64,000 nt of DNA from Octopus sinensis (Eukaryota), in assembly GCF_006345805.1 (NCBI RefSeq), contig NC_043006.1:55366001-55430000 (forward strand). Direction: 5' to 3'. Both the position numbers and the translations under genes were made by a program. The notes below the pieces were generated by a model. It saw only the letters and a list, made by a program, of their open reading frames with translations. It was not told the origin of the DNA and did not search any database. This document shows positions 25,994 through 38,529 of the stretch, one piece after another. Positions within the stretch are counted from its first letter, which is position 1; each line of letters begins with the position of its first letter.

Positions 25994-26054
25994 AATAAAA
26001 CTCCGAGTTTCGGATGTCGGGGTGGAAATCCACGCCGCCATCTCTTCAGTTATC
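25994..26054 (-). ncRNA. Minimal type I hammerhead ribozyme (mirror copy)
   Basis: Exact reverse complement of 26084-26144. Confidence 0.75.
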
Positions 26055-26083
26055 CGGCCATCGGAAAAATGCTCCGCTGGCCG

Positions 26084-26144
26084 GATAACTGAAGAGATGG
26101 CGGCGTGGATTTCCACCCCGACATCCGAAACTCGGAGTTTTATT
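26084..26144 (+). ncRNA. Minimal type I hammerhead ribozyme
   Basis: gataa CTGAAGA gatg..catc c GAAA CTCGGAG T T ttatt: helix I 5 bp, palindromic helix III, GUU triplet, one extra C at the helix II base. Confidence 0.75.
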
Positions 26145-26243
26145 ATGGCTACCGTATAATTATCACACATTACATTTACAGATAAACTCCTCTATAAATA
26201 TCGAGGTCTCTTTCATTCTTTTGTTATCTTACCATTTCTATCG

Positions 26244-26296
<53 letters not shown>

Positions 26297-26563
26297 GAAA
26301 GAAGATGGGGAAAGGTGGGTGTATGAATAATTTAATTGTATGATATAAAGATGTTGAAATTTTTTATTATCACAATACATGATAGTGATTAACAAGTGGA
26401 AATTTTGGGATTATACAATCCCTAATGTGGATCTAACATCCTCGAATTGACTACACACACACACACACACACGCACACACACGCACACACACAATCAGAC
26501 TAATACATTCCTTGCGAAAGTCCTCTTGTCTATTATTATTAATTTAATTATTTGAATTTTCTA

Positions 26564-26721
26564 AGGCGGCGTGCTGGCAGAAACGTTAGCACGCCAGGCG
26601 GTATTTCGTCTGCCATTACGTTCTGAGTTCAAATTCTGCTGAGGTAGACTTTGTCTTTCATCCTTTCAGGGTCGATAAATGATGTACCAAAATTTTGGGC
26701 CTTGTGCCTAGAGTAGAAAAG
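26564..26721 (+). mobile_element. SINE S3 (internally deleted) with 17-bp TSD
   Basis: attatttgaattttcta at 26547-26563 and attatttgaattgtcta at 26722-26738. Confidence 0.88.
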
Positions 26722-26729
26722 ATTATTTG

Positions 26730-27258
26730 AATTGTCTATTTACCACACACTCACACGGACCCTCTACATCCTTCCGTCTGATCTGGAGTACCTGATTCAT
26801 GGATTTTCTTACTCTATCCTCGGATCACGTTACTTTTAAATTCCTTCGGCGTACGTCGTTTCTGCACCTTTGATTGAGAATCATTTTAATTTGTTCGTAA
26901 CTCACCCTCTCACTTTACTTCAATTCTCCTTCCTATTTTTCTCTTCCTCCCTTACCTTACACCTCCACTCACATCTATACCTACATCTTCTCCCCATGCC
27001 TATCCTTCATCCTTCTTTGCACTCTCCTGTATCCCAAAACCACTTTCTCTATCTCTCTCTACTTCCGGTCACTTCAGCAATGTAACTAGACTCGTGATGT
27101 TGACGATCTCTTTTTCTTCTTTGGACTTGTTCCTTTCCCTTTTCTGATGAAGAACTATGCTTGAAACGTCAAAAACTCTCTCCTTTTACTGAGCGTCAAA
27201 CTAGTATATTCCTTGTGAACGTCCTCTTCTCTGTTATTGTTAATTTTATTATTTGAAT

Positions 27259-27260
<2 letters not shown>
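26730..27260 (+). mobile_element. Probable PLE pseudo-LTR / 3' end
   Basis: Pyrimidine-rich tract containing a minimal HHR motif at 27140-27174; no clear ORF. Confidence 0.45.
27140..27174 (+). ncRNA. Minimal hammerhead motif with weakened helix II
   Basis: tttt CTGATGA agaactatgctt GAAAC GTC aaaa; palindromic ACGT helix III. Confidence 0.6.
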
Positions 27261-27350
<90 letters not shown>

Positions 27351-27589
27351 CATCTATCTATCTATCTCTCCTCCTCTCTCTCTCTCTCTGTATATATATA
27401 TATAGTTAACAGCTATGTGATGGTTAACTCCCTTGTCAGTACATAGACTTGGTCTATGTTTGTGGCTAAAAGGGTCTTTCACTCTTATTTCTAGCAATGT
27501 AGGTTGTTACAATACACCCTCAGTCACTATTAATGACAACTGAATTCTTCTTTTCGCAAATTATATTGCGTGTAGCCACCTTTGTTATG

Positions 27590-27642
<53 letters not shown>

Positions 27643-28963
27643 AATACCGTACAGATTAAAAGTATTGTTATGTACATGATTAGTATACGGTCAGATTGCT
27701 ATATGTATATATTTATGTATAAATATACTTTGGATGGAGAAAAGTATAAATACGTAAATGCAAGTAACTGACATATCATTTGTTTACCTGTCTAGGCTTT
27801 TAGAATATCACGATCCTGCTCGACAGAGACATTGCCTTCGGTAGGATGTCAACCTGAGCACTAATTGCATGTAAATATTTTATTACGTCATCAGCTTTAA
27901 TATTACCTGGTAGCACCATGACCACCTTCTCTTGCAGTAAGTATTGTGGAACTATGAATATAGCTAATTTTGTGCCTAGATAATTTACTTGTTATCAGAT
28001 TTCAGCTAGAATCGGGGATGTTTTTTTTTTACTATGATAAAATGCAAAAGGAGGCCTAGGGTCATTCTATTCTATTGATACAAAATCTGCAAATTATTAA
28101 AATCTGCATATAACATGATATATAATTTGCATATAATTTGCAGATTTTGCTATGCTTAAGATATTGTATCAATAGAATAGGCCTCTTTTTGTATTTTCCC
28201 TGTCATAGGCAAAATATATTTCCATTTCTGATTGAAATCTTAATGCAAAATCAGCTATATTCACAATTTTACTATACCTTATGCAAGGAAAGGGCGATAA
28301 TGAAGCATTTTTCACACTTTGGCCCACTGCTCCAAAGTCAGATCAAGACATTTAATCAACGAAACCTACATTTTTATGTGAAAAATCAAGGTAGTGTGTA
28401 TACAAAAATTCTTACGTGATTAGTGAAAACGAATAGCATAACTGGATTCAGCTCGACAGAATAATTTAGAAACAATTGTCTATTCATCAGAACGTTTCCG
28501 TCCATAAATTCTGTAGACATATGTTATTAATGGCAATCTTTATATCCTACTTAACGTGGATGTATTATTATTCGCCTTGAGAGATTCCCTCATATAGACA
28601 TACAATACTAAAAATACAATATATATTGTTAGCAGACGGTAGATTCTGAGTTTGTAGGTTTTAAGATTAGCGGAGTCTTCTATCTTGTGTATTAAGATGA
28701 TTTTATCTTCCTCGGACTATGTAAGTGTTATTTTCGATAGTAATATCGATTATATATACCCCACCCACCAAACCGATAACGACTAATCTAAAGCAAAAAC
28801 AAAAACAGACATGCCGATGGTACATAGTTCAACTGTAAAGGTATGTTTTTATTGTGAACAACCATGAAAACACCCTTATATGACCAAAACTTCGGCCAAT
28901 TTGATATCCTGAATATAATTAAAAAAAAAAAAATCTGCATCGTGAGTGGAACAGCAGAAGCAG

Positions 28964-29155
28964 GAGGCGCAATGGCCCAGTGGTTAGGGCAGCGGACTCG
29001 CGGTCGGAGGATCGCGGTTTCGATTCCCAGACCGGGTGTTGTGTGTGTTTATTGAACGAAAACACCTAAAGCTCGACGTGGCTCCGGCAGAGGGTGGTGG
29101 CGACCCCTGTTGTACTCTTTCGCCCCAACTTTCTCTCACTCTTTCTTCCTGTTTC
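28964..29155 (+). mobile_element. SINE S2 head
   Basis: ggaggcgcaatggcccagtggttaggg..ggtttcgattccc, matching 7322-7697. Confidence 0.88.
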
Positions 29156-30577
29156 TTGTCCCCGACTTCCTACAAACTGCTGAGCCTGGATGTGCATTCA
29201 TCCATCCGTCGATGCTCTCGGTGTCGGGGGTTGACCTGCTTTCTCTTGTGCGTGTCTTACGAATAGCAAAAGATCACGTTTCGGACTCTCATCTTGCGAG
29301 CTCTGGGACGAAGACCGTTCGCTCAACAGCAACAGCAGAAGCAACCATGTTCGAGACATACGCGTAGGCCATCAGCATTGAATGAAATATCTATTATTTC
29401 TATACAATGGATGATAAATATCTTCTGAATGGTTCATTTCCTGTAGCATTAGTCCACTTTACGTCAGAATGTTCTGGAATTAGCTCCGTCAAGATATACT
29501 TGAAGATATAGCATAACGAAGCTGCTTTGCATAACCTCAGCACTAAATTTCAACTTCAAGACAAAAGCTCGAGGGTATTCAAGAAAACCTTCACCTATCG
29601 GAGAAATTGGAATGGAGAAATACTACACGACTTTAGCATATAGACAAATCTCAAGATAACACCGAATAAACCTGATGCAATTTTTCATGACAACTTTCAT
29701 AATGGCGTATTAATTATCGACATAGATATATCGTACGTCATTCATGAGCGAGCTGATAAATTATTAAATTATACAAAATGTTGAATTAAATTTATTATGG
29801 CAGTTAGGCATTGCGTTATAGTTAGTTAAATAAAACATTTGAAGTAATAATTCTCACCAAAAGTCATATACAATGAAGGATACTTTGGAGTACACAGCCC
29901 CATTTGTAATTGGTACAACCAAGAGTGATGCAAAATCATTCCTGACAAGCTATAAGGACAGAATTAGGCAAGTTAAAAAATATAGCAATATTTATATGTG
30001 TTAATATTGTTGGAGGTGTTCTTACATATCTGGACATGATCTAAAAATGCCTGGCTGAAAAATGTCAATGCAACATACATGATTCTAAAAGACTTACTGA
30101 CTGAGCCAATTAAGATTCTATACAATGGACTCTTCAGTTGTTCTTGTATGTTGATGTTTTTTATATCATAAATGTAAATACAGAAAGGGTTCACAGCAGT
30201 ACTACAAGGTAACATTGTTACCAGCCACACATAATTTACCGTTATCATAACCAATAGATTTTAGGTCACCTAATATGGAATAATTTGTTTGCAGATGAGC
30301 AAATAGCAAAAAGAACGAAAATAACTATTCCATCTGTAAAATACTAATAAAGAGAGATAAGATAAAATAAAATGAATAAATAAATAAACGTAGAAATGAA
30401 CGAAATGTAGCGAGCACCAACTTACAAAAGTTAACATTTCTTGGTGGACTACGACGCTGAAGCATTTGGTACATTGGTGAATAGTAATGCACTTAATGCA
30501 GTAATGCTATTACATACAGTAATGCTACTACAAGGAGAGAAAAATTACTTGGAAAGGAGTAGCCCTCAAACGTGGTG

Positions 30578-31267
30578 CAGTGATACCTCGCAGTACGAGT
30601 TTAATTCGTTCCACGACCGAACTTGTTTTACGATTTACTCGTTTTACGATTTACTCGTTTTACAAATTAGCTTTTCCCATTGAAAGCTACAATACAATTA
30701 AACCATTCCAGCTCCTGCAAAATCACCCAAAAATATTTTTTTATGGGCTTCAAAGCAGAAAAGGTGTAGGTACAAGTAAAATGACAATAAAAAAGAGAAT
30801 GCATAAGAAGTATGTAAACTGGTTTTAACTGAATTACTTTAAAGATGGGACTCTTTGTGTGCGAGGAAGACGATAGAGCGGGGAGAAGTAGGATTGCTGT
30901 TTGGAAGGAGGATCTCCTTCCATTAAGACTTCATGAAGAACAATTTCTGGCGTTTTCTCTCTTACTTCGCTTAATTTAGGCTTTTTGAACACTTTCTTCA
31001 CTTTGTACACTTGCTGGTCGTTTCATTAGAAACATATCAAGTGAATTCTTTTTTCTTCCTTTCAAAACATTACGAAAATGCGCCAGAGTAGTGTCATTAA
31101 ATAAAGCAGCTGCACGATCTGTAGCTCAAGATGATTCAAGATGGTTCCGGGTTCAGTCCCACTGCGTGGCACCTTGGGAAAGTGTCTTCTACTATAGCCT
31201 CGGGCCGACCAAAGCCTTGTGAGTGGATTTGGTAGACGGAAACTGAAAGAAGCTCGTCGTTTATATG

Positions 31268-31298
<31 letters not shown>

Positions 31299-33054
31299 AT
31301 GTTTGTGTGTCTGTGTTTGTCGCCCCAACATCGCTTGACAACCGATGGTGGTGTGTTTACGTCCCCGTAACTTAGCGGTTCGGCAAAAGAGACCGATAGA
31401 ATAAGTACTAGGCTTACAAAGAATAAGTCCTGGGGTCTATTTGCTCGACTAAAGGCGGTGCTCTAGCAAGGCCGCAGTCAAATGACTGAAACGAGTAAAA
31501 GAGAAAAGAGAAAGAGAGAAAAATGATATCTTTCTACAAATTCAGAAACATGCTGCCACTTTGCCAACACTGTCTCTATGTTACTCGTAGTGATAGAATT
31601 CTCTGCTACATTGTCCTTCGCTACACTGCCGGACTATATCGATGATTTTCAGGCAGTTTAAAATGTTGTAGTGCTGCTTTCAAAACTCACGAATGTTTAG
31701 ATTTGTATTTTCGGTGACTTCAAAGCATCGACGAAACAGGTGTTTGGTGTAAAATTTCTTAAGATTAGAAATCACTTGTTGGTTCATGAGCTGCAAGACA
31801 GGAGTGGTGTTGCGTGAAAGGTATATAACTTTTATAAATTTAAGTTCGTCCAGGACATCATCTTCGAGGTTAGGAGGGTGAGCAGGAGCATTGTTGAGGA
31901 TAAGGAGGGCCTAGAGAGGAAGATTGTTCTCCAGGAGATACTTTTTCACTGCCGGTCTGAAGACAAGGTTGACCCACGCGGAGAAGAATTGCCTGGTGAT
32001 CCAGGCTTTAACGTTTCCCTTCACATGACCTGCAGCTTCTTCTTCAGGATTTTGTGCGACTTGGGTTTTCGGAAGGATAGACAAGGAGCGGATTAATCTT
32101 CAAGTCTCCATTCGCATTGGCACAAAGGGCGAGTGATAGCCCATCTTTCATAGACTTTTGGTCTAGCATTTTCTTTTCCTCTGCGGTTATGTAGGTTCTT
32201 CTGAGTATTTATTTAAAACAAAAACGGCCAGTTTCATCACAGTTGAATACCTGTTGTGCGATGTACCCCTCGGCTGTGATGAGCTGACGGAGTTCACGCA
32301 CGAAATCTTCAGCTGCCTTCGTGTCAGATCTCGCTGCTTCTCCATACCTGACGGTGCTATGAACACCAGCCCTCCTCTTGAAATTATCAAACCAGCCGTG
32401 ACTGGCCTTAAATGCGTCTGCTGTCTCCTCCGTCGATGTTCCGGGTTTCTGCTTCAGGAGATCCCCATACAGCGCTCGTGCTTTCTCGCAAATGATGGTC
32501 TCCATAATCGTATCCCCTGTGAGTTGCTTGTCGTTGACTCACAGAAGCAATTTTCCACTCTCTTCGTGGACATATGTGTGTTGCTTAGAGAGCCTGGAGA
32601 CACACTTTTATGTTGTAACGGCCTTGATCTCGTCCTTTTTCTTCAGGATGGCGCAGATCGTCGACATGCTTCGGTCGTATTGACATGATATATCCACTAC
32701 ACGCACTCCCCTCTCATCTTTATCAATGATTTCTTTCTTCAGTTCTACCGTAATCAGCTTTTTATTCTTCTCAGCACTGTCCTTTGGACTAATATTCCTA
32801 GGACCTTTAGTTAACACAACTAATTATTATAAAATAATACCAAAAAAATACACAAAACTAAACAAAAATACTGAGAAAAACAACTAGATAAACACGGAGA
32901 CTGCGCTTTTTGGGAGAGTGTGTAGTAGCTTAGCGCCGACTAGTGGTCGTACGGTAGATTTCCGCTCGTACTTCAAGACAAATATTCGCACGAGCCTTGG
33001 CTCGTACAGCAAATTATTCGTACAATAGTGCACTTGTACTGAGAGGTTCTACTG
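30578..33054 (-). mobile_element. Near-complete decayed Tigger (pogo/TIGD1-like) transposon
   Basis: Diverged TIRs cagtgatacctcgcagtacgag / cttgtactgagaggttctactg followed by TA; KKLITVELKKEII, FKASHGWFDNFKRR..GEAA..QVFNCDETG, NAKAWIT-like, NAPAHP, MEGDLLPK-like C-terminus. Confidence 0.92.
31141..31520 (+). mobile_element. SINE S1 inserted into the Tigger ORF
   Basis: ggttccgggttcagtcccactgcgtggc..gactgaaacgagtaaaagag interrupts transposase coding sequence. Confidence 0.9.
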
Positions 33055-33753
33055 TATTTTCTTTTAAAAACTTCTCGATTTCAGAGCTTCTACTGAGTAG
33101 AACTGAGCAATATGATAAACATTTCTGCTGAGCATATTGCTCAATGGTTATGGTTTTCCGTTTAGGAAGACCCATTTTGTAGCCATCTCAGTATATACAT
33201 AAATTTCACTGCCATCTCAGTATATACGTAAATTCAAGTTGCTCGAAAAGAATAAACAGCGATTCCCGGAAGATCCAGAACAATGTTAAGGTTGAATATC
33301 AAAATGGAACTTGGGCTTCAAATAAGTGCAAAATGTTAACCAAATATACCAAAGATTGCTTCAAACAACATTGATTATATTGAGGTATCTAAATACCTCG
33401 CCACCATCACCATCGATAAATGTGATGGCATTCAGCACACCAGACCATAGGAGGGTAACACAAAACCACAATATCGGCGAAAATATAGTTTTTGAGAGCG
33501 AGATGAACTCCAGAAATCGTTGTCAATAGTCCCGTGGTGCCAATGTACAGTTTTGATATCATAGATAACAGAGAGACGAGATCTAGTAAAAAGAAAAAGC
33601 AAGGGAGGTTCTGTTCACGAATAGTATTTCTGTCTGTTATAGACCTGCGGTGTATCCAGAGACAAACCAGTGGTTATGGGTCCATTGAATTATAGTTTGT
33701 TGATAATGTTGTTAGTTATCGACCTTAACGGGTGGAATTCTGCTTTACGCACG

Positions 33754-34173
33754 GCATATAACCGCTCATAAATTCTTATATTTTTTTGAATTTCCAGAAA
33801 AGTTTTGCGAATTTGTGTTCTACACACGGGAATTCATACGACTAGGCACCCTCACCCCGCCAAAAATTGTGTGATTTAAGTGGTAATTAGCTGTTATTTT
33901 TAGCACATCTCACAACCACCTCATACACCCTCGTTTGTTTGTTACACTGACTAGTGATAATTTTCAATATCTTTCTCCCCATAAACACATTTATTGATCT
34001 ATTGTTGTATTTAAACCAAAAATTCGGACTGTCCGTATATTAATCTGTTCTAAAAATTAAAATGAATTTCAGAAAAAATAAAGCTTTTTATAGTCGTATA
34101 AATTCCCGCGTGTAGAACCCAAATTTGCAAAACTTTTCTGAAAAAAAAAAAAAAGTTATGAGGAGTTATACGC
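33754..34173. mobile_element. MITE-like element with about 85-bp imperfect TIRs
   Basis: 33754-33843 matches the reverse complement of 34091-34173 (cagaaaagttttgc.aattt.gttctacac.cgggaatt.atacgact). Confidence 0.65.
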
Positions 34174-34551
34174 AATATCTAAAGAAGAATCCTGCCTCTT
34201 ACATACAGCTGTATAAAGATAAGTTTATCCCATTAGTTTTTTTTTAAGCATGACAAGAAAGAAAAATGTCTCACACTCGTTTTCTAAAATTACGGTTGAT
34301 GTAAATGAACTAATTCATCACCTTCATACCCTTCACTAATGTCCAGACACTGTTGCACAGCGACTCCAGCCTACATAAATCGCGTAGAATCAAATTTTCA
34401 AGCAACATCATCCTAATTTACTGCCTCTTATAAGCAACATCAGAAAACATCAAATAAAGCCATCAGCCATGTTGAAAAAAGCGAAAACAAATTACAGTTA
34501 TTATTAAAAAGGACCTGTATGTGTCGCTATTCTTCGTAATTCAGAGCCTTC

Positions 34552-34731
<180 letters not shown>

Positions 34732-34737
34732 TAGACT

Positions 34738-35075
34738 AATTGGCCCAGTGGTTAGGGCACCGGAATCGCGGTCATAGGATCGCGGTTTCGATTCCCAGAC
34801 CGGGCGTTGTGAGTGTTTATTGAGCGAAAACACCTAAACCTCCGCAAGGCTCCGGCAGGAGATGGTGGTGATCCCTGCTGTAGTCTTTCACCACAACTTT
34901 CTCTCACTCTTACTTCGTATATATGTATATGTTTGTGCGTTTGTGTTTGTCGCCACCACAATTGCTTGACAACCGATGCTGGTGTGTTTACGTCCCCGAT
35001 TAGGCAAAAAAGACTTAAGGTGGTGCTCCAGCATGGCCGCAGCCAAATGGCTGAAACAAGTAAAAGAATTAAAGA
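34738..35075 (+). mobile_element. Chimeric SINE: S2 head joined to S1 3' half
   Basis: S2 sequence to about 34915, then S1 body (gcttgacaaccgatgctggtg) and tail (gctgaaacaagtaaaag). Confidence 0.75.
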
Positions 35076-35169
35076 ATAAACAAATATAGATGTGTGTGTG
35101 TGTAAGAGAATATGTATATGTGTGTGTATATATGTGAGTGTGTGTGTGTGTATGTATATAAATAGACAC

Positions 35170-35863
35170 TATCGCAGTAACACCACTACAAACATCGTCA
35201 TAACCACTATTACAGGCACCAACACTGTGACAGTGACACCACTACTATCACTACAATACTCACCACTACAACTTCCCCCTATACCACTATCAGAATCACA
35301 CCACTACTGTCAACACGACGACGACGACGACCACCACCACCACACAACAACAACAACAACGCTAACAGCAGCAACAACACGACGACGACCACCGCCACCA
35401 CCACCACCATCCCCGCCACCATCACTACCATCACCACCACCACTACCACCACCACCACCACCAACAACAACAACAATAATGCTAAAAACAACAACAACAC
35501 GACGACAACCACAACGACCACCACCGCCACCATCACCGCCTCCAACGACACCACTACCACCGCCTCCACCACCAACAACACAATAACAAAACCACTCCTA
35601 CCACCGCCACCAACAACCAGCACCGCAATAACAGCCTATAATACCATGACGACGACGACGTCGACCACCGCCACCACCAACAACAACATCAACAACACGA
35701 CCACCCTCACTGCGACCACCCCCACCCCCAATACCACCACCAACAACAACAACAACTGCCACCCCGACGTCAACATCACTGATCCAAGAACAAAATAACT
35801 ATCACTCTAGGAACAAACTAGCGCTACTACAATAAGCAATACCCTCAATTCCTCCACTTCCCA

Positions 35864-35895
<32 letters not shown>

Positions 35896-36042
35896 CACCA
35901 CCACTACTACTATTACTACTACCATCTCCACCCACCACAACCCACCACCACCACCATCACTACTACTACTACTACTACTACTATTACTACTACTACTACT
36001 ACTACTACTACTACCATCACCACCACCACCACCACCACTACC

Positions 36043-36074
<32 letters not shown>

Positions 36075-36123
36075 CATCACCACTACTACTACTACTACTA
36101 CCACCACCACCACCACCACCACC

Positions 36124-36184
<61 letters not shown>

Positions 36185-36830
36185 TTAGCACGCAATGATT
36201 CCCTTCCCCCACACGCTGTTACTCCAGTAAGAGCCAACTTCACTGCAGCGGCATCGCATCGTCGCCATCGTCACCATCATCAATATCATTTACAGCTGCA
36301 GTACAAGCGAAGCAACAAGAAGAATATCAACAGCAGCAGCAGTAGTAGCGGCAGTAGCAACAGCAGCAAAATCATCAAGAACAACCAAAACCAAAACAAA
36401 AACAAAAACAAAAAAAAAAAAAAAGATAGCGGTAACAAATAACGACGAGAGCCGCGACAAGAACAATAACCAAGAATCAATATATTATTAGCTCCTACGC
36501 CAATACCACTACTATCATCACCACCGCCGCCGCCGCCATCACCACCACCACCACCACCACCACCGCCATCACCGCCATCACCGCCATCACCACCACCACC
36601 ACCACCACCACCACAACCACCACCACTGCCACCGCCGCCGCCGCCGTCACCATCGCCACCACCACAACTACTGTCACCACCATCACCACCACCACAAATA
36701 CCGTCACCACCATCACCAGCACCAGCACCAGCACCAGCACCACCACAGCCACCTCAGTCGCCGCCTCTACCACCACGACAACCGCCCTCCCACTACAACC
36801 ACCACCACCACTAGCAAATGGTTTTTTTGT
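35170..36830. repeat. Compound trinucleotide low-complexity block (CAC/AAC/TAC/GAC/CAG)
   Basis: Direct reading; source of the poly-V/T/P ORFs. Confidence 0.95.
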
Positions 36831-37131
36831 TCATAGGTAGGTCTTCATTAAGAGACCGACTTGGATTCTAAATACCACTACAACCGCCGCCACCACGATC
36901 AGTAAAGGATGTTGTGATTTTCATTCCGCTACGGACTATGAGGAAAGTTATTGGAAGTGTGGCACGGCATTAAGTACAGTGAGAACTTACCGGCCGGCAA
37001 AATAACAACAACAACAACAAGATCAAGAAAGAATAAGGACAATAAGTGTAATGATAATTATAACAATATCGTCAGTAAACAGGTGAGTAGAATTTATGTT
37101 TTTATGTAAGGTGTTATCGTTATAACAGTAT

Positions 37132-37594
37132 ATTCTTTTCTACTCTAGGCACAAGGTTCGAGATTTTTTTAGGGAAGGGGGCCAGTCAATTATATCGACC
37201 TCAGTACGCAACAGGTACTTAGTTTATCGACTCTGAAAGGCAAAGTCGACCTCGGCGGAATTTGAACTTAGAAAGTAAAGACAGACGAAATAACGCTAAG
37301 CATTTCGCCCGGCGTGCTAACGTTTCTTATATCTTTACTGCCCACAAGGGGCTAAACACAGAGGGCGCAAACAAGGACAGACAAAGGGATTAAGTCGATT
37401 TTATCGACCCCAGTGCGTAACTGGTACTTATTTAATCGACCCTCTAGTGCGTAACTGGTACTTATTTAATCGACCCCGAAAGGATGAAAGGGAAAGTCGA
37501 CCTCGGCGGAATTTGAACTCAGAACATAAAGACAAACGAAATAACCGCTAAGCATTTCGCCCGGCGTGCTAACGTTTCTGCTTGCTCGCCACCT
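37132..37594 (-). mobile_element. Two tandem SINE S3 copies
   Basis: Core aaagtcgacctcggcggaatttgaact occurs twice; short internal duplication of tagtgcgtaactggtacttatttaatcgacc. Confidence 0.88.
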
Positions 37595-37639
37595 TGTTAC
37601 AACTGTATATTGTATGTGCATAGTTTTATGAAAGCTGAA

Positions 37640-37715
37640 CCACCACCACCACCACCACCACCACAACCACCACCATGACCACCACTACCACCACCACCAC
37701 CACCACCACCACCAC

Positions 37716-37760
<45 letters not shown>

Positions 37761-38319
37761 AACCGCCGCCGCCACAACAAACGCCACCATCACAACTATC
37801 ACCACCACCACCATCGCCATCTATAATAAACCCTTTGTATAATAGGCATTTGGTCTCGAATTTTGAGGGTAGGGCACATGTCGATTACATTGACCCCCCC
37901 CCCACCCCCACACACATAACTGCATGGTGCTTATTTCATCGAGCTTAACTCTCCACCCTGAACCCGACCCCGGACCCTCGAAAAGGGACGAATGGTAAAG
38001 ACGACCTCGGTGGCATTTTGAACTCAGAACGTAACGCGGACGAAATTCCGGTAAACACTTTGTCCGGCGTGCTAACGATTCTGTCAGCTCATCGCTTCAT
38101 TCATCATTAATGATAAATAACAATGATCCTGACACTAACACTCCCCTCCCCATCACTAAAGTTACCACCACCTTCACCACAACTACCACCGCCACCTTCA
38201 CCGCCGCCGCCTAAGTGACCATCATCAACAACAGTTAACAATACCTCCTCTACCACCACCACCGCCATTATTAAAAAGCAGTAACAACTATAACAGTACC
38301 ATCACTACTCCTACTACTT

Positions 38320-38361
<42 letters not shown>

Positions 38362-38372
38362 TTACCACCACC

Positions 38373-38459
<87 letters not shown>

Positions 38460-38520
38460 GTCACAACCACAGTAGTAGCAACACCAACACACCACCACCA
38501 ATAACAACGACCTAACAAAG
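37640..38520. repeat. (CAC)n/(GCC)n/(TAC)n tracts with a SINE S3 copy (minus, about 37840-38098) inside
   Basis: Direct reading. Confidence 0.85.
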
Positions 38521-38529
38521 GAGTCTTAT

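Larger units (their letters stand above)
25960..26178. repeat. Perfect 101-bp inverted repeat with 17-nt spacer
   Basis: 25960-26060 is the exact reverse complement of 26078-26178. Confidence 0.97.

Noticed and set aside
28964-29035. tRNA-like sequence with A and B boxes
   Set aside because: Continues into a SINE body and recurs at 7322-7697 and 34738; not a tRNA gene
29973-30254. ORF with STAVNPFCIY resembling a GPCR TM7 NPxxY motif
   Set aside because: Spacing is wrong, no other TM helices, no supporting splice context
29536-30269. Possible small minus-strand exons (30240-30269 GDLKSIGYDN; 29536-29594 GEGFLEYPRAFVLKLKFSAE)
   Set aside because: Plausible AG/GT sites but no recognisable homology; such matches arise by chance
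35092-38518. Long poly-Val/Thr/Pro/Gly ORFs
   Set aside because: Translations of trinucleotide microsatellites; open in several frames with no domain content
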